A DNA stretch of 64,000 nucleotides from assembly GCF_018350175.1 (NCBI RefSeq), contig NC_058368.1:162256001-162320000 (forward strand), in the 5' to 3' direction. This DNA is from Felis catus. Taxonomy: Eukaryota. Shown in pieces: positions 1 to 14,945 of the stretch (its first letter is position 1; each line of letters starts with the position of its first letter). The notes below the pieces were generated by a model. That model did no database searches and had not been told where the DNA came from. It saw only the letters and a list, made by a program, of their open reading frames with translations. The position numbers and the translations under genes were made by a program.

Positions 1-709
1 TTTACATTTCGATGTGTGATGCATTTTCAGTTAATTTTTGTGGAAATCATAAAGTCATCATCTCTGTTTATTTTTTTGCACATGGATGATCAGTTGTTTC
101 ATCACCTTTTGTTGAACTATCTATTCTCCATTGAAATGTCTTTACACCTTTGTTAAAAATCAATGTAGTGTATTTATGTTATCCTTGGCTATTATGCTTC
201 ATTGATCTATGTGTCTATTCTTTCATCATTACATGTCTTGATTACTTTGACTTTATACTGTCTTAAAATAAGGTAATGTGATTCCCTCAACATTGTTTAT
301 GTTGTTATTGTTCTCCTATTCAGCTTCCTCCTTCTCCTGTTCCACTTCTCTTTCCTCCTCCTCCTCCTTATTCTACTTTCCCTCAAACATTTTACCGGAT
401 ATTATGTCCTTTATCTTTTGATGTGAACTTTAGAGTAGGTAGCTTGATATCCACAAAAAAAGCTTGCTGGGCTTTTAATTGGGATTGTATTAACTCTATA
501 AGTCAGGTTGGGAATAATTGCACTCAACAGTATTGAGAATTCCAGTGAATGAACACTGAATATCTCCCATTAATTTAGATCATATCTGATTTTTTATCTT
601 TTTTATAGTTTTCCACATATACATCTATACATATATGACAAGATCGTAGTCAAGTATCCAAATTTTGGGTGGTATTTTGAACAGCGTTTTTAAAATAATA
701 TCAAATTCA

Positions 710-825
710 GGGGTGCCTGGCCAGCTTGAAGGGAGGAGAGTGCAACTCTTGATCTTGGGGCTGTGATTTTGAGGCCCAGTTGGATGTAGAGATTGTTTAA
801 ATAAATAAAACTTTAAAATAAAAAA
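710..825 (+). mobile_element. Short Can-SINE variant
   Basis: ggggtgcctgg head, tRNA-derived body, A-tail; TSD aataat(a/g)tcaaattc. Confidence 0.75.
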
Positions 826-1265
826 AATAATGTCAAATTCAAAGTATTTATTCTTCAAATATGTAAAAACAATTGACTTTTGACCAATGACCTAGTATCT
901 TGTCATGCTGTCCTGTTTGTTTACTAGTTTCAAGTTGTCTATTTTAATCAATTCTTTGGGAATTACTATATAGAAAATCATGTCATCTATGAATAAAAAC
1001 AGTTTTATTTATTTATTACTAATCTTAACACATTTTATTTATTCTTCTTGTTAGGAAGAACATATTTTGTTCAAAATCTTAGGGAGCAAATGGTTAGTTA
1101 TCTACCTATTAAGTATGATGTTAGCTGGAGGGTTTTCATTTATAACTTTTATTAGATTAAGGAAGTTCCTTTCTCTTCCTTGTATTTTTTTAAATTTTTA
1201 ACAGGAATGGGTTTTGAATTTTGCCAAATATTTTTCCTGCATCTATTGATATGAAGATATAGTGT

Positions 1266-1493
1266 TTCTTTTTTTTTTTTAATTTTTTAAATGTTTTATT
1301 TATTTTTGAGACAGAGAGAGACAGAGCTTGAGCAGGGGAGATGCAGAGAGAGAAGGAGACACAGAATCCAAAGCAGGTTCCAGGCTCTGAGCTGTCAGCA
1401 CAGAGCCCAACAAGGGGCTCGAACTCATAAACCACAAGATCATGACCTCAGCTGAAGTCAGACACTTAACCAACTTTGCCACCCAGGCGCCCC
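1266..1493 (-). mobile_element. Can-SINE (felid SINEC)
   Basis: Typical body with (GA)n tract, poly-T and ccacccaggcgcccc end. Confidence 0.95.
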
Positions 1494-1637
1494 TAGTTTT
1501 TTTTTATTCCATCTATTAATGTGATGCAGTGCATTGACTGATTTTTGAATGTTGAAACAGCTTGCATTCCTTGTATGAACCCCAACTGGTCATCATGTGT
1601 TTTCCTTTTTATATATTGTGACATTTATTTGTTAAAT

Positions 1638-1842
1638 ATTTTTGTTTAGTTTATTTATTTTCTGAGAGAGAACACAGGCATAAGTGGGGGAGGGGCAGAG
1701 AGGGAGGGAAAGAGAGAAACCCAAGCAGGCTCTGCCATGTCAGCACCCAGGCAATGCAGGCTCCAACGCATGAACCATGAGATCATGACCTGAGCTGAAA
1801 TCAAGAGTCGGATGCCTAACTGACTTAGCCACCCAGGCCCCC
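1638..1842 (-). mobile_element. Can-SINE
   Basis: SINEC body and end motif. Confidence 0.9.
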
Positions 1843-3879
1843 TATTTGTTAATTATTTTTATAGTTACAGTCATGAGAAATATTGGCCCATAGCTTTCTT
1901 TTATTGTAAAGTATCTATGTGGTTTTCATATTTTAATAATTTTGGCCTCATGAAATTGGTCAATAGACATTCCATATATTTCTATTATCTGGAAAATATT
2001 TTGTTACCATTTCACCTTTAAAATTTTGATAGAATTCATTAATGAACCATCTGAGCTTGATGGTTTCTTTTTCAAAAGATTATTCATTATTACTTAAATT
2101 TCTTTAATAGATCTAAGACTATTCAGGTTACCTATTTCTCTTTGCATCAATTGTGTTAGTTTATGTCTTTCAAACAATTGGTCCACTTCATCTAAATTTT
2201 CAAATGTATAGAGATAGAGTTATTTGTATTATTCCCTTATTACCCTCATACTGTCTATGGAATCAGTAGTGATATCTTTTTCCTTTCTGACACTGGTAAT
2301 CTGTATCTTCTTTTTATTTGATTAGCCTGGATAAAAATTTATCAATTTTATTGAACTTTTCAGAGTGCCAATTTTTGGGTTAATTTTCTTTCTCTGCTGT
2401 TTTCTTATTTTCAACTTTTTTGATATGTGCCCTATTTTTAGTATGTCCTTATTCTTGCATTAAATTTATATTTCTGTTTTTCCTATATTTTCCAAAAGTG
2501 GGTGCTTAAGTTAAAAATTTTAGACCTTCCTTATATTACAATATATTAATTTAATGCTTTAAATATCTCTTTAAGAATTATTTTAGCTGTATCACAAAAA
2601 TCTGGCTAAGTTCTATTTTCATATTCATTTCAGTCATGATATTTAAAGTTACTTTTGAGACTTTTTTTAACCAGGCTCATTCAGAAATGTGTTATTTAAT
2701 GTCTATTTTGGTTCTTCCAGCTTTCCATTATTAATTTCCAATTTCATTACATTTTGGTCTGAGAATGTTCTTTGTGTGATTTTTAGTCTTTTAACTTTGT
2801 TAAGCTATGTTTCATGGTACAGAACATGGCCTATCTAGGTAAATGTTCCCTCTGAGCTTGACAAGAATGTGTATTTTTCTGTTGTTGGAGTTAGTCTATA
2901 AATATCATTTAACTTAGGTCGAGTAATGGTGTTATTCAGGTCTTATATATCTTTACTGATTTCTGTCTACTTGCTGTATCCATTATTGATAATGGGGTGG
3001 TCAAGTACTCAAAATAGTGGACTTTTTCTATTTTTCCTCATCCTCCTTGTGGGCCCCAGGTTTCCTTGGGTTCTTGGATTCTCACTATAAAAACTTGGTG
3101 GAATACCTATAAGAAAAGCCCAGGAAAATGTGAGGGCTCCCTTAAGACTGTAACCTCCAGGATTTTTCTCACTCTTATGTTAATCTACGCTCAGCTTCCA
3201 GCAGTTCATCAAAGGTACTGTTAAAATGCCCTTACCAATTTATATCTCCAGCAGCTTCTGCTCTAGATAAGCAGATATCAGTTTTTGTGTCTCTCTGCTT
3301 GTGCCTTTTTCTCCAGATTTTCAGTGGCTATTTGCTTTAAGACTTCAGTTCTCTATAGGTTCCAAGAAAAGTCATTGACTTGGTTTTTCCAGATTTATCT
3401 TGTTGTAAGGATGGGAGTGATGACTCCCAATTTCCTTACATGTTAGATCTGAAACCAGGAGTTCTCTCCACATACCTTTATGAATGAACTTCCAGTTATT
3501 TTTAGTATAGTACAAAGGACTTGTATCACTTCAAAGACTTATTGTAGGGTTTACATGTATCAATGACCTACAAGAATTCTGTACTTGCCTCCAGCAACTT
3601 GCTGTAACCAGAGAAACAGAAAAAGAAAAGAGAAAGAGAGACAGAGGAAGAAAGACAGAAAGATCTGAAGAAAAAAAAAGTATTGATATGAGACTTCAAT
3701 GTTTGCAATTTAGGGTTGAAAATAATGTTAAATATTTATTTTAACAATCAAAAAATGTTATAAAAAAGTGACTCAGATTATCTAATCCAACCATCTGTAA
3801 GAAGATACATTTAGTATAATCTTTAATATCATGTAAAATAATTTGTTAAATTAATTCTGGTGACAATTAATTAACATAC

Positions 3880-3951
3880 CTCCAAACAGTTACAGATATA
3901 TTTTCCCCAGTTTTACCTTTACAACAAGAACCAACCACGATATTTTAAACT
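3880..3951 (-). pseudogene. Pseudo-exon: SLKYRGWF/SCCKGKTGENISVTVW
   Basis: Acceptor tttttattctacag; donor GAG|gtatgt; resembles recalled DNAAF9 LMYPGWY...VQICVW with one frameshift. Confidence 0.6.
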
Positions 3952-4734
3952 CTGTAGAATAAAAATTTTATACCTTTCAGATATTATCATTATTATGACT
4001 TATGTTTTTCAGGCAGCATTTCAAGTAGTGTAATTAATCAGAGACCACACACACATAAAAAGATTACCAATGGAAGCCTTAGCATTCTTAAGTAAGCATG
4101 CGGGGCAATAATAGGAAATTTTATAATGTTTTGGGTTCTGAACTCCTGTTATACTTGATCTCCAGCTGTGCCTTGCAAGTGCCTGCTTTTCATAGTGAGT
4201 CCTACACAGCAGGAAAGCTAGCCAAAAAAGGATTTAATAAGCAAAAATGTCCTAGCTTTTAAGGAGGCTGTGTTCTGCAAGCATTACAGTTACTGCTTCT
4301 ACTGTAGGTTTCATTTATTTTCAGATTTTTAAACATTTGTTAAATGACTATTGAGCCTTTGATGACTGATTTTCAACTAATCAGAATATACAACTTTAGC
4401 CTTTAAACCAAGCCTTTTTTCACACCATCCTCAACTATTTACCTCAGTTGAGAGCACAAATGATAGACATTCAAATACACAGTGACAAATGGCTTTGGAT
4501 GTTAGAGATCTTCTTTTTCTGTTCTGCTTACTAGTTTATTTTACAATTATAAATACATACCTTTCCTTGATCTACCAGCTATGTGTAGAAAAACAGAAAT
4601 AATTGTCATCTGTATGCCTACAAAATACACCAGGGATTTTTTTTCTTTGACACTTTTAATGTTACAAACAATAAAACAGATTTTTTTTTGAAACCTAGAA
4701 AACTGCTATTTTAAAAACCTAGAAATTTCTGGGG

Positions 4735-4763
4735 GTTTTTATTAAAAATTTCTAATGTTTATT

Positions 4764-4799
<36 letters not shown>

Positions 4800-4971
4800 G
4801 GCGTGAACGGGGAAAGAGCAGAGAGGGAGACACAGAATGTGAACCAGGCTCCAGGCTCTGAACTGTCAGCACAGAGCCCGACCAGGGGCCCGAACTCACA
4901 AACCATGAGATCATGACCTGAGCTGAAATCTAGAGTCGGAAACTTGACTGACTGAGCCACCCAGACGCCCC
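4735..4971 (-). mobile_element. Can-SINE
   Basis: SINEC body; TSD ctagaaatttctg. Confidence 0.95.
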
Positions 4972-7339
4972 TAGAAATTTCTGTTTTTAAAAAAGGTAGC
5001 ACCTAAAGTAGATTAAGAGAAAATATAGACATTAAATGTCAAAGACAAATGAAAATTACCTAAAAAAAAAAAAAAAGGAAAATTCAATATGGATTGTTTA
5101 CCTCTCTTAAACTTTGAAAGAATATGGAATTCTGGCTAAAGGATACTAACTTCCTGTCCTAATTAAGGAACAATGAAAAAACAATGAAAGTTATGAAAAG
5201 TTCATGTAAAAGTATAACCTCTCCAAATAAACAAAGAAACAAACAATAAGACCACCTAGGGTCATGACTGTTACAAAGAAATTTCAATGTAATTAAGTTC
5301 AACTGCAAATCTACTTGATTTCTTGCTGTGATATCTTTGTCAGTTGGAGGTCCAATCTCTTTATATAAATAACTTCTTTAATGGGAATCTCACTAATAAT
5401 CAATTTTAAAAACATCAGTAGAAACTCTGAGGTATCCTGCTGAAATTCAGGTGTATTTTGACTAAATCAGTCTTTCTTTAGATTTCCTAGGAAATTACTT
5501 CTAAAGGTAGAAGAATTAGTTTGATTATCTCAGAGGTTCTGTAGACATCATCCAAACATCCTTTCACATGCCCAAATCATCTTAAATCTTTGGGTTTATC
5601 TTTAAATTTTAAGGATATTTTGCATTCTGTCACAAAATGTACAGTATTTGGTTTTGAACCAATCTCTTAGTGATTGAGATTCATATATCAAATAAAAATA
5701 ACTAACTATACCACAGTTCATATATATTATATTCATATTCTTGTATCATATTCACATTCAGTTCATATTCATATATCAAATAAAAATAAATAATTGTGCC
5801 AACTTTCGTTTTGTTTTCTGGGAAATTCTCTCCTTTGTCTCCTTGTCAGAGTATTCTCAGAAATCGGCCTCCACAATAACATTGAATTTGAAGAGTAGCT
5901 TTTTTTGTGCAGTGAAACACATTGTTAAGCGTAAATATTTTTTTTCTTATAGATGAGAGAAATTACCATAAGTTCTATGTTAAACCAGAAAAGGAGGTAG
6001 GGGAGTATAACAGATCTCTAAAAAGTGAGACAAAGGAGGACATTTGTAAAAATAAGCACAAAGAACAGGAAAAATCAGTTTCATGATGACAAAAAAAAAA
6101 AAAAACAGGAAAAAAATTATAACTGACAGAAATCAAGATAGATTCTTTGAAGTTCAGGCTTAACTCTAGGTATCTTAATTCAGAAAAAGAGTGGAAATGA
6201 AAATGTAGTTTAGCCAAAGTATGACATTATCCTAAGCATAAATGAATATCACATATCCTTTTCCCAACTTATTCATTTGAAATTATGAATAAAACAACCT
6301 TTTATAAAAATACAGTCATGTGGGACAATAAATTTCAAAAAAAATATTCAGGTATTCTAAGGCAACAGTGTAAGCTTGTGGAAGTGGTACAACTCACGCA
6401 ATAACATTTTTGTGCATGTTCCATGCTGAGGGCATTTTTCAGCAAATGATCCAATGCATTCTTTCTAAGCCTGTTTTCTTGGGTTTAAAAGATAAATAGC
6501 CTCAAGGAAAGTAAATTATTGTCATCTAATTTTGGGCTTGAAAATAAATACATACATAGTTGTGACATTTGCTCAATTCAGTGGTGCTAGCACAGCCTCA
6601 GTAGCAAACGGAGATTTAGATGTGTAGTTTGGGCCATTGGCATTCACTGGTGCCCATTAAACGTGAAAGGAAGATGCTAAGTGCTCCCTCAGGTATAAAG
6701 ATGATTTGATTTGCTATTGCTGTGGGTGGCATGTGCTAAGATAGAAAAGTGATTCCATTTCACATGTGAGCTAACTCCTAATGTTGAGAGAAGTAAGTTA
6801 CATGAGGGACTTTCAGAGATCATAGTTTAGGAACTGAAGGAGAATAAACAACTACACGTATAACCCAGAGGGAAGGTGTTATAATAGACTGTAGGTATCT
6901 GAGGTGGGTGGAAATCAAAGAATGTAAGTAATGACACCAGTGAAAGCAACAAATTGTCAGGCTTAAGTTCTCCTGGTCATCAGTTAACATCTTACACTCC
7001 CTGCAGGATACTGATCCTTTTGTGTGTTTTCACAGTTGCCAGAGGTTGCTTTGCTTTTCTGGGCTACCTGGGCCTTGTACTTGGCACTGAGCCGAGGATG
7101 CTTCGTGTTGCCCTGGGCCTGATGCTACATCTCAGGGTTCATGCCAGGCCCTCTCTCTCTTCCTTGCTCCTGGGAATCAAGACAGGGGTTGCTGTTCCTC
7201 ATTAGGCGGTTTTATCAGTCCCTCACTTATGTTTGTTTTAACAAATGCATTAGTTGCAAACCAAAATATATTTTTGTGAGAATCCAAAAAAAAAAGCTGG
7301 GAGAGGGCCTAACGTTTTTACCTATACAGGTAATTTTGT

Positions 7340-8005
7340 TGTTGTTGTTTCCTTTTACTTGAGTCTACTTGATACACAAAGTTACATTAGTTTCAGGTGT
7401 ACAACATAGGGATTCGCCTTCCCTATACATTAGACTGTGCTCATGGCAAGGGTAGTTGCCATCAGTAACCATACAGCACTGTTATAATATCACTGATCAT
7501 ATTCCCTGTGCTGTGCCTTTTGTTCCTATGACCTATTCATTCCATAACTGAAAGTGTGTATCTACCACTCCCCTTCACCCTTTTTGCCCGTCTTCCCACA
7601 TGCCTTCTCTCTGGCAACCGTCAGGTTGCTCTCTGTATTTATAGATCTGATTCTGTTTGTTTATTTATTTGTTTCTTGTTGCTTTCATTACCACATAGTA
7701 TTATATTAGTTTCATGTGTACAGTATAGTGATTCAACACTTCCATACATTACTCAGTGCTCATCATGATATGTGTGGTCTTACTCTCTTTTACCTATTTC
7801 ACCGATCCCCTCCCACCTCCCCCCTGGTAACCATCAGGTTGTTCTCTATACTTACAGTTAAGAGTTTGTTTTTTGGTTTATCTCTTTTTTACTTCATTTG
7901 TTTGTTTGTTTTGCTTTTTAGATTCCACATATGACTGAAATCATATGCAATTTGTCTTTCTCAGTCTGGCTTATTTCACTTAGCTTAATACCCTCTAGAT
8001 CCATT
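7340..8005 (-). mobile_element. Carnivore L1 3' end fragments (two abutting 3' ends)
   Basis: L1 3'UTR motifs such as ttagtttcaggtgtacaacatag and gattccacatatg. Confidence 0.8.
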
Positions 8006-8234
8006 ATATAGATAAAATTCTTGTACTGAACATGTCTCTTAAGTGAGGAAAACATATTTTTAAAAATGAGAACAATCTTGAAAGAGAAGAACTAAGTTGG
8101 AGCACTGACACTACCCAACTTCAAGACTTTCTATAAAACCACAGTATTATGCACATGCAAAAAAAAAAAAAAAATGAATATAGACGTTGACCTTACACGC
8201 TTCACAGAAATTAACTTAAAATGAATCCTAGACC

Positions 8235-8756
8235 TGAAGGGTACAGAATATGCCAGCCCAGAACACACCTCTTTGGCATTAGAATTATTTTGAGTTGATT
8301 ATTTTTAAAAGCAACGGACAGGAGAAGCTCTGAAAACAGAGTAGAAGTTACTTTTGTGTGAGGGAAATTTACATATTTGAAGAAAATCTTTATTTGAAAG
8401 GCTGGCTCCCTCCCTGTACAAGGAAAATAAGGATGACTAAATCATAAGTAGCTCTTACCTATGAAGAAGGCAACAACTCAAATCTGCATAAAAATCCCTA
8501 CTTTTGTTTACCTTACTTTTCCTGGTCACCTCATAATTGGTCTCCCCACACCCTTCTTTCTTTGATTTCCTGAAGATGATACTTAAGCCAAAATTCTAAG
8601 CCACTTCTTTGAGAGATACTCATTTTCCTCTGGTTATCTATCTCTCATGGTATATATGAGATATGCATGTTAATAAGCTTCTGTTTATTTTTCTCTTATT
8701 TATCTATCTTTTTGAGCTTAGAAGGATAAAGGGATTATTATTTTTCCTCCACTACA
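8235..8756 (+). mobile_element. Solo LTR, MER34-like (ERV1)
   Basis: TG...CA ends, 4-bp TSD GACC, MER34-type start (cagaatatgcc...ctttggcat...attattttgag), AATAAA near the end. Confidence 0.85.
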
Positions 8757-8845
8757 GACCTACTGTAAAACACAAAGCTATAAAATTCCTAGAATATAAC
8801 ATAGGAGAACACCTAGATGACCTTGTGTAAGGTGATAAGTTTTTA

Positions 8846-8852
8846 TTTTATT

Positions 8853-8899
<47 letters not shown>

Positions 8900-9105
8900 T
8901 TTTACATTTATTTATTTTTGAGACAGAGAGAGACAGAGCATGAACGGGGGAGGGTCAGAGAGAGAGGGAGACACAGAATCTGAAGCAGGCCCTGGGCTCT
9001 GAGCTGTCAGCACAGAGTCCGACGCGGTGTTTGAACTCACAGACTGTGAGATCATGACCCAAGCTGAAGTCGGATGCTCATCTGACTGAGCCACCCAGGC
9101 GCCCC
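8846..9105 (-). mobile_element. Can-SINE with (TTTA)n tail
   Basis: SINEC body; TSD aggt(g/a)ataagttttt. Confidence 0.95.
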
Positions 9106-12100
9106 AGGTAATAAGTTTTTAAATAAAACATCAAAGACAAGATTCATTAAAGAAAGAGTTGATAAGCTAGACCTTATTAAAATTTGTAATTTTTGCTCTG
9201 CAATAGAAAACATCAAGAGAATGAGAAGATATGCCACAGATGAGGAGAATATATTTGTAAAAGACACATCTGATAAATGGTTGTATCCAAATTATACAAA
9301 AAAACTCCTAAAACCCCACAATAAGAAAACAGTGCAATTTTAAAATGGGCTAAAGACCCTAACAGATGCCCCAATAAAAAGATACAAATCTAAATTAAGC
9401 ATAAGGAAAGGTATTCTTCATCATCTGTTATCAGAGTAATACATATTAAAATGAGACACTACTACACACCTATTATATTGGTCAAAATCCAGAACACTGA
9501 TACCACCAAATGCTTACAAGGATGCACAGCAATATGTATGCTTATTCATTGCTGGTGGGCATGCAAAATGGTATAGCCATTTTGGAATACAGTTTAGCAG
9601 TTTCTTGGAAAATTAAACACATATTTACCATTTAATTCAGCAATTGTACCCCTTGCTATTTACTCAAAGGAACTGAAAATATGTTCATACAAACATCTGC
9701 ATAAAGATGCTTATAGCAGCTCTATTCATAATTGCCCAATCTTGGAAGCAACCAATATGTCCATTAGTAGGTGAATGGATAGTCAACTGTGCTACACCCA
9801 AACAATGGAATATTATTCAGAATGAAGGGAACTATCAAGCCATGAAAAGACATGGAGGAAGCTTAAATGCATATTGCTAAGTAAAGAAGCCAATCTGAAA
9901 GTCTACAAACCATATGATTCTTACTATTTGACACATTCTAGGAAAGGCGAAACTATGGAGACAATAAATAGATCAGTAGTTGTCAGCGATTAGAGAAAAT
10001 GAGGGATGAACAGGCAGAGCACAGAGGAATTTTAGGGCAGTGAAAATACTTTGTATGATATCATAATAAAGGGTATATATCATTATACATTTGTCCAAAC
10101 CCATAGGATGTACAACATTAAAATGAACTCTAACGTAAACTATGTACTTTGGGTGATAATGTGTTCATATAGGTTAATCAGTTGTAACAAATATACCCAT
10201 CTGATGGGGGATGCTGATAATGGGAGAGGCTATGCATCATGGGCATATGTGATGTATGGGAAGTATCTGTCTTTCTCTTCATTTTGCAGTGAATTTACAA
10301 CTCAAAAAAATAGGTCTTTAAAAAATATTAATGTTTACAAATTCAGCTAATTAGCAAATGTCTATTTTCCAACACCCTGTTGGAAGATAAGAGAGGAAGG
10401 GAAATTACTTTTCCCTTTGTGAAAAGGTACTTCTGTATCTTTTACATATTGTTATTATTGTTCAAAATAATAAATGCAAAGCAGATTTAAAATTAGATAC
10501 AGCATCATTCATATGGAAAAAGGGAATATGTCATAAGAAAAGCCCGTTTTATTCATTGACCAGGAAAGTCCTTCTGAGTATTGGTTATTAACCTTGGTAA
10601 AATAATTCTGCTAATATAATATTTAGTATGATATATAATCTTCTTTCCTTCCTTCCATGGCTACTGCCTAGCAAAGTATGGTGCCTCAACTCTTTCAGGA
10701 AATTTTGGCTTCCTTCTTGATATTTTGATGAGGCAAGAATTTTAGGACTTCCTTCTGTCAGAAGCATCCCTGTGCTGAGCTACAGCGAACTTCATGGAAG
10801 TGCAGAAACTGTGAGCAAATCTCACATGGTATTGCCACATACTGATATTTCCAACTTGCCATTAAAATTAAGTAACCTTCATTACTCCCATTCTACATAA
10901 GAAATCTTAGATGGGACATGGTTTTAATAGTAGTTCAGAGCCTTGTGAGGAGATAGGTGTTTGCTAGCAGAATTGGAACAAGACAGTCTCAAGGATAAAT
11001 ACAGGGCAGATATGGACAGTGAAGAAGTTCTCTTTCAGATCCTTTTCTTTTTAAATAGAATCTAAGTGATTACATAGAAGCCACATATTATAAGAGCAAG
11101 GAAGACATTAGAGTAAATTTAGAAAACAGTAAATGCATAGAAGATTATCAGCATCAAATTAGATATCCATGTTATTGACTCTAATTATATGCTAGGGAAA
11201 TTTGTGACAACTGGCATTGTTTTCCAAATTTACATGCCTCCAAAAATACATGGGTGATACACATTTTTTATATTCGTCTGAACCTTTGTGTGAATAAAAT
11301 GCATCTCAAATATGGTGTCATTTGCTATGCCTAACTTTGTGTTTTGTTTTGTTATTTTAAATCAATGTAATTTTGCTCTTGATTTGTGTGTAACACAATA
11401 CAAAAGCAAGTACGTGCATTGAAAATGAAGACATTTTTTCATAGAATATTCCCCAATAGAATACAAGAATGTTGGTGTTATTCTCCTATTTTTATTATTT
11501 GATAGCTAATAAAAGGGTGTATAACTAAGATTTGGAATCTTCAAATATGCTAAACATTGATTGAGATCTATATAACACAAAGTAGTCTGTGTAGCACAAA
11601 ATCTCCAAATAAAAATACATGGTCAAATAAAAACAAACCTTTCCCTGATTTAAAAATGTAAGGTTAACATTGCCCCCTTCTGGCTCTATATTCAAATAAG
11701 AGCAACTACTACAATGTCTAATAGCACATTCCATCCCATAAAGCAGCAAGTCTGAAACTGAAAAACAATCTGTAATACCATAGTCAAGAAAGAATAGGAA
11801 GAAGATCTATTTCACCTGAAGGTTCCAGGTCAGATTTAGAGAGAGTTCTATTAGCATTTAGCTCACATAGACACGTTATGAAGACCTATCACTGAGCAGA
11901 AATACATGATGTTAAGATTATTGTCACATAATTTTATTTCTAGCTACTTTCTTTTCCTTTTTCTCAGTCATGTCCCCTCCAGCTGTCACAAACACAAAGG
12001 TAATAGAACTCAAGAGAGGACTTAAACCCATCTCCAAAACTAAATATTCAAGATGTAATCCATAAGGAAGAAGTTCCAGAGATGGTTCACCACTGCTACT

Positions 12101-13134
12101 TCCAAACATCTGGCCTTAGTTCCTAGAAAACTCAAGAAAATCAAGTTCATGCTGGTTAACCTAGAGACCATGGCACAAATTCATCTCTGTAATATCAGAC
12201 ACTTGATGAAATATTGTTAGTTCCCATACACCGCTCAGAAAATAATAAAAAAGGAAAACATATACACACATTTGAGTAAAAATTTTAAAATCCTAATAGA
12301 TCTTGTGACAGTCCAATATTTTGGTCCCTTAATTCCTAGAAAAGCAATCAGAAATGTTCTTTCTGTCATCCTTAAATTCTAGAAGAGGCAAAGAGGAAAA
12401 TCAATCCTAGAGTCATTGTTAAAGACTCTGAGGCCTGCTCTAGCAGGGATGAGGTATAATTACCAATATAAATATGTTAGACTAGTTCTTATTGTGAAAT
12501 ACAACGGGGTCAGTCTGAACATTTTGGTAAATCTGTGTGAGTTTTATTTATTGTTACTCTAGAGATATGGAACAGTGTAAGCTTTGCCACTGGAGGGCCC
12601 ATCTCACCTTGCATGGGGGAGAAAGTGCTGCAGAATTGTGTTCAGGATTATATGCCTATAGCAACGGCATCATTGTGTAAAGGTGATTCCAATCCCAAAA
12701 TGCTTTCTACCTGTGGGCCTCCCTAAGGGTCATGAGAGCATCACATCCTGTGCAATGTGAGTTTATTGCCCAAGTCTAGGTCCCAAAATAGTTACTAGGG
12801 AGGTGTTCAGAGATTAGCAAGGTACCAGTCCTCTCTCAGCCCATTTCTGTCTCATTGCCTCTTTAAAGTAGAGGCACTTGACCACACAACTCTCAGAAAA
12901 TGTAGAGAAACTATCCATCTTCAATTCTTTCTTGTAGAAAGAGGTAAGATTAATTACTAGCAACAAGAAACACTGCATCAAGTGACTTAAATTATTGGAA
13001 GATACACTGTCAAAAGCCCATTCTTCATTCCTGTTTTGTTTTGTTTTTTAAGAAATTCATATGATAAAAAGCATTGTGTATGCACTCAAGTCATATGTTA
13101 CTAGCTTACTCTGCCTTAAAATTCACATGCGCTT

Positions 13135-13322
13135 GGGGCGCCTGGATGGCTCAGTTGGTTAGGCCACTGACTTCGGCTCAGGTCATGATCTTACAGTTTG
13201 TGAGTTCGAGCCCTGTGTCGGGCCTGCTTTGGATTCTGTGTCTGCCCCCTCCCCTGCTCACACTCTGTCTCTCTGTCTCTCAATAATAAATAAGCATTAA
13301 AAAAATTAAAAAATAAATAAAA
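13135..13322 (+). mobile_element. Can-SINE (internal deletion)
   Basis: ggggcgcctgg head, CT tract, A-tail. Confidence 0.9.
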
Positions 13323-14644
13323 CCAATTTGCATGCACTAACTATCAAATTTGTATTTGTCATTATAAAGCCTAAAACTGCATGGCCTTGGGCTATGAGGA
13401 TAAGCAGCTCTTATCAGGTAAAATTTATTTTTACTTTGGTAATTGCCAGGACAAAGGAGGAGTGCTAGACTCTACCTGTTCTGGGAAGCACTCCACATCA
13501 TCAGTCTTGAAATGGGGAGTACACACTTTCCATGATTTCCTACTGTGTGTTTCACTAAATGTTCAACATCAAAGTTCTTGGGACTCTTAAGCTGTAATTA
13601 GCATCTCTTGACCAGACAGGCTTGGACAGAGCTCATCCTACACATGTCCGGGTCAGGGGAGATATAATAAAAGCAAAGGGTAGTTAATGTTTAAAATGAA
13701 TATACAACCCTAAAAAAGAGACTTCCCTTTCCTAACACCTGATAGATTTAGCATAAAGAAGTTCATCATTACAATATGTTCATGTTGTAAAGCTCAGGAA
13801 CATATCATTTAAAGTGCAGATGCTGGCCAGTGGTTTTGTCCCAAACCACCTCATGTGCAAATTCAAGGGTTTGCTTTTTCTTTTCTTTTCTTGTTTTTGT
13901 TTTGTTTTGTTTTGTTTTTTGTTTGTTTTGTTTTGTTTTTTTTTTAGTAGTTTACTCACTGTGTATATTCTGAAGGGCAGTAAATTAAGACAGTATATAG
14001 AATGATAGAATGACAGATATCAACGACACTTCAGGAACTCTAGAGAGTTTGCCGACTAAGCAATCATTTAGAATCTCTCAACAACTTCTGTCTACGCATA
14101 ACTAAATCCAAAAGTATAAGAAAGGGAATGAAGACAATAGAGTCATCTCTGTTTCACAAGTTCAGAGCCACAGAAATAGCGATGGCTTTGGGGAAGAAAG
14201 GACAGCATAATGGGTCGTCAATCACTATCTCTCTGTTTCTGAACAAAACGGTTTCTGACTTAATAGAATATTATATACTCTTGTTACTAAGAAAATGTGT
14301 AAGAAACACAAGGATTCAGAAACTGTTAAACCTAGCATTTCACTTCACTCAGCAAAGAGACATTGCAATACTTAATTGCAATGTGATTTAAATAGTTTCA
14401 GTTTAACTGATAGCTTCAGTTTTCTTCATATAATTTCATTTGCCATAAAGCAATAGGAAATATTGACTAACCACTATGATGACCAGTGAAATCCATGATT
14501 TCATCAGGTTGTTTTTATCAGATAATTATGAAAATAAAACAACATGCTGACTTTGTATAACAACTGTGATATGTTTATGATAGCTACTTATCTACTGTTT
14601 AGCATGTATTTCTTATGAAATATATATAAACATATATCATAGAC

Positions 14645-14945
14645 ATATATTGTATGTTTTCATTCATATGTGGAATTTGTGAAACTAACAGAAGACCATG
14701 GGAAAAGGGAAGGAAAAAAAATAGTAACAAACAGAGAGGGAGGCAAACCATAAAAGACTCTTAAATACAGAGAACAAATGTAGAGTTGATGGGAATGGTG
14801 ATGGGCATTGAGGAGGGCACTTGTTGGGATAAGCATTGGGTGTTGTATGTAAGTGATGAATCACGGGAATCTACTACAGAAGCCAAGAACACACTGTATA
14901 CACTGTATGTTAGGTAATGACAATAAATTACATTAAAAAATTAAA
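14645..14945 (+). mobile_element. Felid L1 3' end, heavily 5'-truncated
   Basis: Matches the 3'UTR of the L1 at 32572-36525 (gggcacttgttgggat...). Confidence 0.85.

Larger units (their letters stand above)
1..3460 (-). mobile_element. Old L1 (L1M-type) ORF2 remnant, probably with a 5' end fragment, interrupted by SINEs
   Basis: Degenerate L1 ORF2 motifs such as ISIDAGKIFGKIQNPF and a T-rich antisense L1 character. Confidence 0.8.
8050..10330 (+). mobile_element. Old L1 3' part (end of ORF2 plus 3'UTR), interrupted by an LTR and a SINE
   Basis: L1 ORF2 C-terminal and 3'UTR motifs. Confidence 0.85.

Noticed and set aside
710..825. tRNA gene
   Set aside because: tRNA-derived SINE head with A-tail and TSD, not a cloverleaf gene
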